From Pyrinomonadaceae bacterium (GTDB lineage: Bacteria > Acidobacteriota > Blastocatellia > Pyrinomonadales > Pyrinomonadaceae), in the NCBI GenBank assembly GCA_044224355.1, contig JBGAKP010000002.1, positions 152,626-216,625 of the forward strand: a stretch of DNA of 64,000 nt, read 5' to 3'. The stretch's first letter is position 1. Every line of letters starts with the position of its first letter. A model generated the notes under the pieces. It saw only the letters and a program-made list of their open reading frames with translations, was not told the origin of the DNA and did not search any database. Below are positions 36,991 through 45,294 of the stretch, piece after piece. The translations under genes were made by a program, and so were the position numbers.

Positions 36991-38513
36991 GTGAAGAACC
37001 AATAATTAACGATCCCGAATCGACCGACGGTAGTCCGCGCGAAACCCGCGGACGGATGAAGATCATCGCTGCGGTTGCTGCGGCAGCTATTGTCATCCTT
37101 GCAGTTTTCGGCTATTGGTACAGCCGTCGAAACAGCGAAGAGGGGCAGGCCGTAACTGCTCCGCGGACTGTATCTTTTGATAATGCCGGCACTAACCAGC
37201 CTCCGCCTTCCGGCGAACAAACGCTTACCCTCCAGCCGGATCAGATCGAGCATATGGGTATAAAGATCGAGGCTGCCGGCGAATCCCTCTCCGCCGAGGT
37301 CGCTTCGGTCGCCGCGACCGGCGTCGTCGAACCCAATGCATACAAGGAGACCCCGGCGATCACGCTGCTTGGCGGTGTTCTACGCAGCGTTTCCGCCGAG
37401 CTCGGACAGAATGTCGTAAAGGGACAGGCTGTCGCCGTCGTTTTCAGCGATGACCTTGCATCGGCGCAGTCGAGATACTTGACACTTCGGAGCGAATCTC
37501 AGGCAGCCCGTCAAAACTATGATCGAATGGCCAAGATAGTGAAGATCAAACCGGTCAGCAATGCTGAACTCGATCAGGCCCTTGCAAGATTGCGAACCGT
37601 TGAAGCTGAGCTTGTAGAAAATCGAAAAGCCTACGAACGGGCACAAAGATTGGTCGAGATCGGAGGCGTGAGCCGTGAGGATCTCGAAAAGGCCTTGACC
37701 AAACTCACGACTTCACAAGCAGATGAGTCCGAGGCACAACGAAGGTATGATCGTGCGGTGAGCCTGGCCGAAATTGACCCTGTCAGCCGTAGTGATTTTG
37801 AAGCTGCGGCCGTAAAGCTACGGACGGCCGAGTCTGAACTCGCCGCGGCAGGCCAGCGATTGGTACTTTACGGCCTGTCGCCCGCTCGGGTCCGTTCGTT
37901 GACCTCGCCTTCGCAGATAACTTCGGAGATCACGATCGCGGCTCCTGTTTCAGGGACCGTCACCAAACGGCTGGTCAATGCTGGCGAAGCGATCGAGGCA
38001 AACAAGGAACTGCTGCGAATAACTGATCTTGGCCAGGTATGGGTCATCGCTCAGGTATATGAGCGCGATCTTCCCTCGATCCGCACCGGCCTGGGAGCGA
38101 GCGTAACCACCGACGCACGTCCGGGCCGAGTTTATCGCGGGCATGTGACGTATGTCGATCCAAATATCAATCCCGAAACGCGGACCGCCCAGGTTCGTAT
38201 CGAACTTGAGAATCCGGGCCGCGAACTGAAAGTCGGGATGTACGTCAACTCTGCGTTTGGTACAGGCGGAGTCGCCGAACGTACCGTCGCCCTTGTACCA
38301 ACGTCCTCTGTTCAAAATGTCGGCAGCAGAAAGGTCGTATTTGTAGCGACCGATAAACCCGAGGTTTTTCTGGTAAAAACAGTTCGACTGGGAGCCGAAA
38401 GAGATGGCCGTTTTCCGGTACTTGAAGGGCTGAATGTAGGCGACAAGGTCGTTGCCGACGGAAGTTTCCTTCTTAGGGCGGAACTGCTGAAGCGGGAACC
38501 TTCGCTCCAATAG
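36987..38513 (+). CDS. RND efflux periplasmic adaptor (membrane fusion protein, CusB-like)
   Basis: ATGA overlap with the tolC-like stop. Has a TM anchor, a lipoyl/beta-barrel block (VSGTVTKRLVNAGEAI, WVIAQVYERD, GHVTYVDPNINPETRT) and a long coiled-coil hairpin. Confidence 0.85.
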   Translation: MSEEPIINDPESTDGSPRETRGRMKIIAAVAAAAIVILAVFGYWYSRRNSEEGQAVTAPRTVSFDNAGTNQPPPSGEQTLTLQPDQIEHMGIKIEAAGESLSAEVASVAATGVVEPNAYKETPAITLLGGVLRSVSAELGQNVVKGQAVAVVFSDDLASAQSRYLTLRSESQAARQNYDRMAKIVKIKPVSNAELDQALARLRTVEAELVENRKAYERAQRLVEIGGVSREDLEKALTKLTTSQADESEAQRRYDRAVSLAEIDPVSRSDFEAAAVKLRTAESELAAAGQRLVLYGLSPARVRSLTSPSQITSEITIAAPVSGTVTKRLVNAGEAIEANKELLRITDLGQVWVIAQVYERDLPSIRTGLGASVTTDARPGRVYRGHVTYVDPNINPETRTAQVRIELENPGRELKVGMYVNSAFGTGGVAERTVALVPTSSVQNVGSRKVVFVATDKPEVFLVKTVRLGAERDGRFPVLEGLNVGDKVVADGSFLLRAELLKREPSLQ

Positions 38514-38544
38514 ATCGATCGTCAAGAAAGTATTCGAAAAGGCA

Positions 38545-38617
<73 letters not shown>

Positions 38618-38670
38618 ACGTAGTGAAAGTTTAAGACAAACCGGAAAGACGTGCAAATTCGCCGCTTTGA

Positions 38671-39930
38671 TCAACCCATCAGCGGCCGAAACAAGGCTGA
38701 ACCGCACAATTTACCTATTGCCACAGCCGCCGCATCCGAAGCGGCCGCCCCGGCATCATCAAAAACTGTCTTTGATATCTCGGATTCGCTCTTGCCGTAA
38801 AGCATTTGCTCGAGTACTTCCATTTCCATATTCCCGAAATCCGGGATACCAAGTGCATTCGATGAACCGATACCGACCACTCGGGTCTGTGATAGATCAA
38901 GTACCCAGTCAAGTATCTTTTCGACCGGATCGCGCTCGGGAAATCGATGCTTGATTAGGGACAGTATCCGCTCGCGGCCCTCGACATTGAGCAGCAATGC
39001 CAAGAAGAATCTGTGCTCCGGCTCCGTTAGATACGAGCGGCGGCCGATCACCTCGTCAAGAAGGTCATGATGTTCAAAAACAGCACGGAGCTCCCTGCCT
39101 AGGTTTCCGTGCCTTTCGCCGACGACGTTTAGAAACTTCGCAAAACGCTCTTTTGAAGCATCCGGCGTAAATATCGAGTCAAGCCGGTTCGAATTTAGCA
39201 GCCGCCTGATCTGGGCCAGAATCAGGTACGATGAATGAAGGTCGCTCCGTTCGAGTAGCCCGGCCGATTGTTCGTCTGCCTCGGGTCGCTCCGATCTGAA
39301 TAATGTCGAGAGGATCTGCAGCTTCTTTGTGAGCGTGGCCTCTTCAAAGAAAGGATCGATCGCCAGGCACGGCTTCTCATATGAAAATTGCGGCAAATAG
39401 AGCGGCGATTTGTCGGTCCTGACGACGATCGTTACCGACGGATGATCGAGGTGGAAAAGAGAGTGAATATAGCTACGGCCGGCCCGTATTTCCTGAACAT
39501 CGCCAACTTCGAGAAGCTCGCACAGCTTTAACGACATATTGCCCAATTCAAAAAAGCTGTTGACGCTATGCCGGCGTTCGAATTCGAACCAACTGTGAAT
39601 GCTTGACCCCGCAAGCACCTGAAACGCACCGCAAAACGCGTGCTGATGAATAGCCGTCGTACCTTCGAACCAAAAATAGATATCGATATGAAATCTGGGT
39701 GAGGAATAGACCGTGACCGGCGGATCGGCAAATTTTGCCTGAATGTCACGCTGCGGCGGAAGCTCGGTTTGTTTTAACGACCAATCGACAACATCCCAGG
39801 GCGAAACCCTCGATGGCAGATCGGATCGCCGAAGTGCATTGGCTGCGATAGCCGAAAACTCGTCCTCGTTGTAGTTCCGGCGGCGCCAGATCGTTTCGAT
39901 CTCGAAGCCGAGCGATGTAAAAGCGTCCAT
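38671..39930 (-). CDS. Hypothetical protein with cupin-like N-terminal half and helical C-terminal half
   Basis: 419-aa ORF. Possible metal-ligand pattern TAIHQHAFCGAFQVLAG ... IHSLFHLDHP. No family recognised. Confidence 0.55.
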   Translation of the reverse strand: MDAFTSLGFEIETIWRRRNYNEDEFSAIAANALRRSDLPSRVSPWDVVDWSLKQTELPPQRDIQAKFADPPVTVYSSPRFHIDIYFWFEGTTAIHQHAFCGAFQVLAGSSIHSWFEFERRHSVNSFFELGNMSLKLCELLEVGDVQEIRAGRSYIHSLFHLDHPSVTIVVRTDKSPLYLPQFSYEKPCLAIDPFFEEATLTKKLQILSTLFRSERPEADEQSAGLLERSDLHSSYLILAQIRRLLNSNRLDSIFTPDASKERFAKFLNVVGERHGNLGRELRAVFEHHDLLDEVIGRRSYLTEPEHRFFLALLLNVEGRERILSLIKHRFPERDPVEKILDWVLDLSQTRVVGIGSSNALGIPDFGNMEMEVLEQMLYGKSESEISKTVFDDAGAAASDAAAVAIGKLCGSALFRPLMG

Positions 39931-39933
39931 AGC

Positions 39934-40410
39934 CTAATTTGTACGCTCAAATGTCGGTTTCTTGCTGCTCACCTTTCGATATGTGCCATCAGCGGTCACA
40001 TTATGGCCAAATCCACAGTCAGCGTCAGTTCCTTCCTGAGAGATCTTTATCGTGTTCGGCCGCAGGAATTTTATTGAAATGCGGCATTTTCCGAATTCGG
40101 ACGATTCATAAAAAGCGATGTCTCCGTGGATCGTAGCATCGCCATCCAACTCGCCAATGTTTGCCGAGAGTTCGCCGTTCACGATATACGGATATAGAAG
40201 GTCCATCCGGATCCGGAGTTTGCCGCGGCCAAGTGCCCAGATCCTTATCTCATTTGACGAACCTTTGTATTTACCCGTGAAATTCATCCGGAAGGTCCCG
40301 TTGACCTCGGATGCGGGAACACTCGGACGAGCCTTTTGCCCAAACGCAGCCCCAGACAGAACGATCGAACAAAACACCAAAGTAGCGATCACCAGAAATG
40401 ATCGTTGCAT
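39934..40410 (-). CDS. Hypothetical secreted protein
   Basis: 158 aa. SD AAGGAG upstream of ATG 40410. Signal peptide MQRSFLVIATLVFCSIVLSGAAFG. Beta-rich composition. Ends 3 nt before the next gene. Confidence 0.65.
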   Translation of the reverse strand: MQRSFLVIATLVFCSIVLSGAAFGQKARPSVPASEVNGTFRMNFTGKYKGSSNEIRIWALGRGKLRIRMDLLYPYIVNGELSANIGELDGDATIHGDIAFYESSEFGKCRISIKFLRPNTIKISQEGTDADCGFGHNVTADGTYRKVSSKKPTFERTN

Positions 40411-40494
40411 AATTCTCCTTTTAGATAACTACGTTTATCTGCTATATTTTGCCTGACTCTTCCGTAAATTTAAACGTCCACGCGAGGAATATCG

Positions 40495-42075
40495 ATGAGT
40501 GTAAACGCAGGTGATTCAGGCGGGAAGTCCGCCGGCGGATTCTTTGGGCAGCCTTGGGGGCTTTCGACCCTTTTTATGACCGAGATGTGGGAGCGGTTCT
40601 CCTACTACGGTATTCGCCCGCTCCTTATCCTGTTCATGACAACCGCGTTGCTGAGCGGCGGCTTTGGATTTGACCGGCCGCAGGCGTCGGCGATCGTTGG
40701 AATTTACGCGGCAAGCGTTTATCTTGCGTCACTGCCGGGCGGCTGGATCGCCGATCGGCTGCTCGGGCTTCGCCGCGCGATCCAGTATGGCGCCGTGCTG
40801 ATCACGCTTGGTCACCTTTCTATCGGTTTGACCTCGCACATTGGGGGCAAGACGCCATTTTTTGTCGGGCTTATTTTGATCGTTCTGGGCACCGGGCTTT
40901 TGAAGCCGAATATATCGGCGATCGTCGGCGACTTGTACCCTGAGGGCGGAGCCCGACGCGATGCCGGCTTTGCGGTCTTTTATATGGGTATCAATCTCGG
41001 CGCCACGGCGGGCCAGATCTTCACCGGCCTGCTTGGTGAAAAGGTCGGCTTCGGCTGGGGCTTCGGTGTCGCCGGTGTAGGTATGCTGCTGGGCCTGATC
41101 TGGTACACCGTATCGGCGCGCCGAACACTCGGCAATATTGGCGTCGAACCATCTCGCGACCCTGACCCTGCGGTCCAGGCCAAACGGGAGAGCGTTACAA
41201 AGATGGTCGTAGGCATCGGTTTCGCGATCATTGTTCTGGTTATTGTATTGGCGGCCGCAGGCACTATCGAGATAGATCCGCAGGCGGTAGCGAGCTATAT
41301 GACCTATATCCTCGTCGGGATCGCGTTGGTCTATTTCGCCTATGTGTTCATTGCAGGCAAGTTGAATAGCGACGAACGAAAACGGATCTTGGTCATCGCG
41401 GTTCTTTTTGTTGCCGCGGCCGTTTTTTGGGCAGCTTTCGAACAGGCTCCGACCTCGCTGAACCTTTTTGCCAAGGATTTCACCGACCGTCAATGGGGAT
41501 CGTTCGAGGTGCCTTCGCTTTGGTATCAGTCGATCAATTCATTCTTTATAATTATCTTCGCTCCGGTGTTTGCAGCCATCTGGACATGGCTGGGAAAGCG
41601 AAACGTCGATTTTTCAAGCCCGGCAAGATTTGCATTGGGCCTGGCACTTGCCGGGATCGGTTTCTGGATAATGGTCATCCCGGCGAATAGTTTGGTAGCC
41701 ACTCAAGGAGCCATCAAGGTTTCAGGACTGTGGCTCGCCGCAAGTTACCTCTTCCAGACCTTTGGTGAACTGCTTGTCAGCCCCGTCGGCCTGTCATCAA
41801 TGACCAAGCTCAGCCCGAGGCGGTTTGTCGGGCAAATGATGGGCATTTGGTTTCTGGCAACATCGGTAGGCAATCTGATAGCAGGGATAGTCGGCGGCAG
41901 CGTCGATCCGGAAAAACTCGAACAAACGCCCGAACTGTTCACGTGGACGACGATCGCTCTTTTTGCCTCGGCAGTCGTGCTGGCATTGCTTGCTATCCCG
42001 ATCTCAAGGATGATGAGAAACGTGGATGACGAAAAGTTCGATCAGGTCGAAGCTGCGGGGCCTTCGATCGAATAG
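40495..42075 (+). CDS. POT/PTR2 family proton-dependent di/tripeptide transporter
   Basis: PTR2 signature TEMWERFSYYGIRPLLILFM, 14-TM-like hydrophobicity, 526 aa. Confidence 0.95.
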   Translation: MSVNAGDSGGKSAGGFFGQPWGLSTLFMTEMWERFSYYGIRPLLILFMTTALLSGGFGFDRPQASAIVGIYAASVYLASLPGGWIADRLLGLRRAIQYGAVLITLGHLSIGLTSHIGGKTPFFVGLILIVLGTGLLKPNISAIVGDLYPEGGARRDAGFAVFYMGINLGATAGQIFTGLLGEKVGFGWGFGVAGVGMLLGLIWYTVSARRTLGNIGVEPSRDPDPAVQAKRESVTKMVVGIGFAIIVLVIVLAAAGTIEIDPQAVASYMTYILVGIALVYFAYVFIAGKLNSDERKRILVIAVLFVAAAVFWAAFEQAPTSLNLFAKDFTDRQWGSFEVPSLWYQSINSFFIIIFAPVFAAIWTWLGKRNVDFSSPARFALGLALAGIGFWIMVIPANSLVATQGAIKVSGLWLAASYLFQTFGELLVSPVGLSSMTKLSPRRFVGQMMGIWFLATSVGNLIAGIVGGSVDPEKLEQTPELFTWTTIALFASAVVLALLAIPISRMMRNVDDEKFDQVEAAGPSIE

Positions 42076-42078
42076 CCG

Positions 42079-42297
42079 TCAATCCTTGTTCGACTTATAA
42101 GCTTGGATCGCTTCGGCGGCGCCTGCGTGCATGATCTCGGGTTTGTGGTATTTCCAGTAATTCTCAAACTCTTCGTCTGTCATCTGCGTATTTTCACCGC
42201 GTGATCTTTCTTTCAAAAAATTTTCCGCCCAAGCTCGAATATTCGGATCCGTATTCAACGCAGCTCGGGCTCCATGCATCATATTGTCGCGTTCCAT
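42079..42297 (-). CDS. Small hydrophilic hypothetical protein
   Basis: 72-aa ORF in an otherwise empty gap. GGAGA lies about 10 nt upstream of the ATG. No family recognised. Confidence 0.4.
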   Translation of the reverse strand: MERDNMMHGARAALNTDPNIRAWAENFLKERSRGENTQMTDEEFENYWKYHKPEIMHAGAAEAIQAYKSNKD

Positions 42298-42379
42298 ATC
42301 TTCTGATCTCCGTATGGTAGATTATTAGAAAGTCACCGCACCTACAAGCGGTTCAAATACTAAAATTTCGGAGCAATAA

Positions 42380-43876
42380 GTGAAAAAGTTTTTCCTCGTC
42401 CCGGCAATCATTATCTTCCTGTTCAGCACGAGCTACGGCCAGGCTGCCGGCCCGGCCGCCGCGGGTATAGCCGGTTCGCAGACCGCCGGCAAGATACCGT
42501 ACATCAGCCGCGTTTTGCCGAATGGACTCGAGGTCATCGTGTATCCGGATTCCGGCGTGCCGCTTGTAACGGTCGAGATGGCGGTTCGCAACGGTTCATT
42601 TACCGAGCCGCCCGAACTCAATGGACTCTCGCATCTCTACGAGCACATGTTCTTTAAGTTGAATAAGGCGGTAGGCATCTTTCGCTGTGATTACGCAAGA
42701 AGCGTCGGCCAGATGGAATACTTTGCGGGTAAGAATTGCCCCGAACAGCTCAAACTCCGTTCGCAGATCGGCGATGTCGCCTATCTCAACGATCTAGACA
42801 AAAGCGGTTACGTCCGCAATGGTTCGACGCAGGAAGAGTACGTCAACTACTATTTCACGGCCACAAGCCCCAATTTCGCGACCATACTTAGGGCAATGCG
42901 GGACGCGATGCTTTTCCCCACATTTGACGAAGGCGAGTTCCAACAGGAGATCCAGGTTGTGCTGGGCGAGCTCGACCGGCAGCAGTCCCAACCCGGCTAT
43001 TATCTCGAACGAACCATGATGGATAAGCTTTTCTACAAATATCCCTCGCGCAAGAATCCGGGTGGAACACGTGAGACAGTCGCTACGGCGACCACCGAAA
43101 AGATGCGGCTTATTCAGTCGCGCTATTACGTTCCGAATAATTCAGCCCTGATTGTCAGCGGCGATGTCCAGCCGGAAAAGGCCTTCGCGTTGGCCGAGCA
43201 GCTTTTCGGGATATGGAAGCGCGGTGACGACCCATTTGTTAAGTTCCCGCTTGTCGATCATCCACCCCTGCCAAAGAGCGAGGGCGTTTTCGTAAATCAA
43301 AACGTCGATAATGTGATCGTCCAACTCGGCTGGCAGGGCCCGTCGATCGGAAAGGACAATGCCTCGACCTATGCCGCCGATGTTTTCTCATTCATAGTCG
43401 GCCAGCCGAATTCACGCTTGCAGCGGGCACTGATCGACACGGGCCTCGCTGTTTCGGTGGATGTTCACTATTACACACAGCGGAATGTGGGCCCGATCCG
43501 AATTACATTGATCACCAGCCCGGACAAGGCGAAAGCGGCGGTCGCAGCATTATATGGCGAGATCTCTCATTTCAATGACGCTAACTATTTCACGGACGAG
43601 GAACTTGCCAACGCCAAGACCTTGGTCGAAGCCCGTGACCTCTTCCAGCGGGAAAAATTGAGCGAGTATTCGCACATTTTAGGGTTTTGGTGGTCATCTA
43701 CCGGCACCGAATATTACCGCAGTTATTACGATAATCTGCGAGCGATAGGCCGCAGCGATATCAAAAAGTACATCTCGACATACATTCTCGGGAAACCGCA
43801 TATCGGCCTTGCCATGTTGTCGCCGGGGGCTCAGAAGGCCTCAAACCTAACCGAAAATGACCTGATCGGGAAATAG
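42380..43876 (+). CDS. M16 (pitrilysin/insulinase) family peptidase, catalytic subunit
   Basis: Signal peptide. Inverted zinc motif HxxEH in LSHLYEHMFF. Confidence 0.9.
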   Translation: MKKFFLVPAIIIFLFSTSYGQAAGPAAAGIAGSQTAGKIPYISRVLPNGLEVIVYPDSGVPLVTVEMAVRNGSFTEPPELNGLSHLYEHMFFKLNKAVGIFRCDYARSVGQMEYFAGKNCPEQLKLRSQIGDVAYLNDLDKSGYVRNGSTQEEYVNYYFTATSPNFATILRAMRDAMLFPTFDEGEFQQEIQVVLGELDRQQSQPGYYLERTMMDKLFYKYPSRKNPGGTRETVATATTEKMRLIQSRYYVPNNSALIVSGDVQPEKAFALAEQLFGIWKRGDDPFVKFPLVDHPPLPKSEGVFVNQNVDNVIVQLGWQGPSIGKDNASTYAADVFSFIVGQPNSRLQRALIDTGLAVSVDVHYYTQRNVGPIRITLITSPDKAKAAVAALYGEISHFNDANYFTDEELANAKTLVEARDLFQREKLSEYSHILGFWWSSTGTEYYRSYYDNLRAIGRSDIKKYISTYILGKPHIGLAMLSPGAQKASNLTENDLIGK

Positions 43877-43903
43877 CATCGTTCCAATTGTACGTTGAAT
43901 AAT

Positions 43904-45217
43904 ATGAAATTCCTGTTATCGTTCCTTCTTGTTTTTCTATTTGTCTTTGACGGATACTCGCAGTCCGTTTCGGCGGCGAAAGCCGCCTCCGTTACCGAAT
44001 TTGACGTAAACGGGCTAAAGGTGATCTTCAAACGCCGTTCGAGTTCGCCTACCGTTTCTGCCGGGCTTTTTGTACGCGGCGGCGTTCGCGGACAGACGGC
44101 TGAAAATGCCGGGATCGAGGGTTTGACTCTATCGGCGGCAACTGAGGCAGGCAGGAAATATCCGCGCGAAGCTCTTCGCAAAGAGTTGTCGCATACCGGC
44201 ACGATCATTGGTTCATCGTCGGCCCCGGATTTCAGTGTCGTATCACTGGCGACAACGTCCGAGAATTTTGATCGGTCATGGGACGTCTTTACCGATATTA
44301 TCCTTCATCCGACTTTTGCTCAGGACGATGTTGACCGTGTCCGAAATGCCGCGCTCGCCGGGCTGCGTGATGCGACGTCAAGCCCGGATGGAGCCTTGCG
44401 GGACCTTGAGGACAAGATCGTAAATGCGGGCCACCCGTACGCGAACGATCCGGATGGCACGATCGCGACGATCTCACGCCTAACGGCCGACGATCTGCGG
44501 GCTTATCACAAAAACCTGCTTCAGACGTCCCGATTGCTGCTGGTCGTCGTCGGAGATATTCGCTTGGACGATCTCAAAAAAGCCGTGACGTCCGCTTTCT
44601 CAGGACTTCCGCGAGGCACGTACAAAGAAACGCCTATTTCACCACTTTCGTTCGCACAGCCGTCATTGGACATCACTCAGCGTGAACTCTCGACCAACTA
44701 TATCAAGGGTGTTTTTGCGGCGCCTTCGCTTTCGAGCCCTGACTATTATGCAATGCGCGTTGCCATTGCGATCCTAAAAGGACGTGTTTACGAGGAAGTG
44801 CGGACAAAGCGCAATTTGTCATACGCACCGGACGCGGACATGGATATGCGTGCCGCCAATTCAGCCTTCATATATGTCACGGCCGTTGATGCGAACCAGG
44901 CAGTCAGGGTAATGCTCGACGAGGTCGAAAAAATACGTACCCAGGAGATAGATGAAGACGAGTTCACCAACGTGCCGGGCTATTTCCTGACAATGTATTA
45001 TCTCGATCAGGAGACCAATGCAGCTCAAGCCGGGGAATTGGCACGGTACGAACTGATCGGAGGAGGCTGGCGAAATGCCGAGAAATTTCTTGACGGTGTC
45101 CGCAGCGTAAAACCTGCCGACGTGCTCGCCGTTGCCGCCAAATATATGAAGAATATCCGATTTGTCGTGATTGGTAATAGAAGTGCGATCGACAGGTCCG
45201 TTTTCTTGCGTAAATAG
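43904..45217 (+). CDS. M16 family peptidase-like protein, non-catalytic partner (no HxxEH)
   Basis: Same two-domain size and layout, 18-27 nt downstream of the catalytic M16 gene. Carries GLTLSAATEAG where HxxEH would be expected. Confidence 0.8.
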   Translation: MKFLLSFLLVFLFVFDGYSQSVSAAKAASVTEFDVNGLKVIFKRRSSSPTVSAGLFVRGGVRGQTAENAGIEGLTLSAATEAGRKYPREALRKELSHTGTIIGSSSAPDFSVVSLATTSENFDRSWDVFTDIILHPTFAQDDVDRVRNAALAGLRDATSSPDGALRDLEDKIVNAGHPYANDPDGTIATISRLTADDLRAYHKNLLQTSRLLLVVVGDIRLDDLKKAVTSAFSGLPRGTYKETPISPLSFAQPSLDITQRELSTNYIKGVFAAPSLSSPDYYAMRVAIAILKGRVYEEVRTKRNLSYAPDADMDMRAANSAFIYVTAVDANQAVRVMLDEVEKIRTQEIDEDEFTNVPGYFLTMYYLDQETNAAQAGELARYELIGGGWRNAEKFLDGVRSVKPADVLAVAAKYMKNIRFVVIGNRSAIDRSVFLRK

Positions 45218-45235
45218 GTTCGGTCAGATCGAACA

Positions 45236-45273
45236 GAAAGGCCTCCGGGCGTTCACCTGCCACGAGGCCTTTC
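45236..45273. terminator. Hairpin between convergent genes (weak terminator candidate)
   Basis: 10-bp stem gaaaggcctc (45236-45245) / gaggcctttc (45264-45273) with an 18-nt loop. T-rich sequence follows only at a distance. Confidence 0.3.
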
Positions 45274-45294
45274 TTACGTTTGCCCTTTTTTTTA

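Noticed and set aside
40729-41493. 254-aa minus-strand ORF antisense to the POT transporter gene
   Set aside because: It is Arg/Asp/Gln-rich nonsense composition, fully embedded opposite a gene with a clear PTR2 signature. The same reasoning applies to 37950-38525, 31546-32136, 1983-2528, 45955-46569 and 15409-15948.
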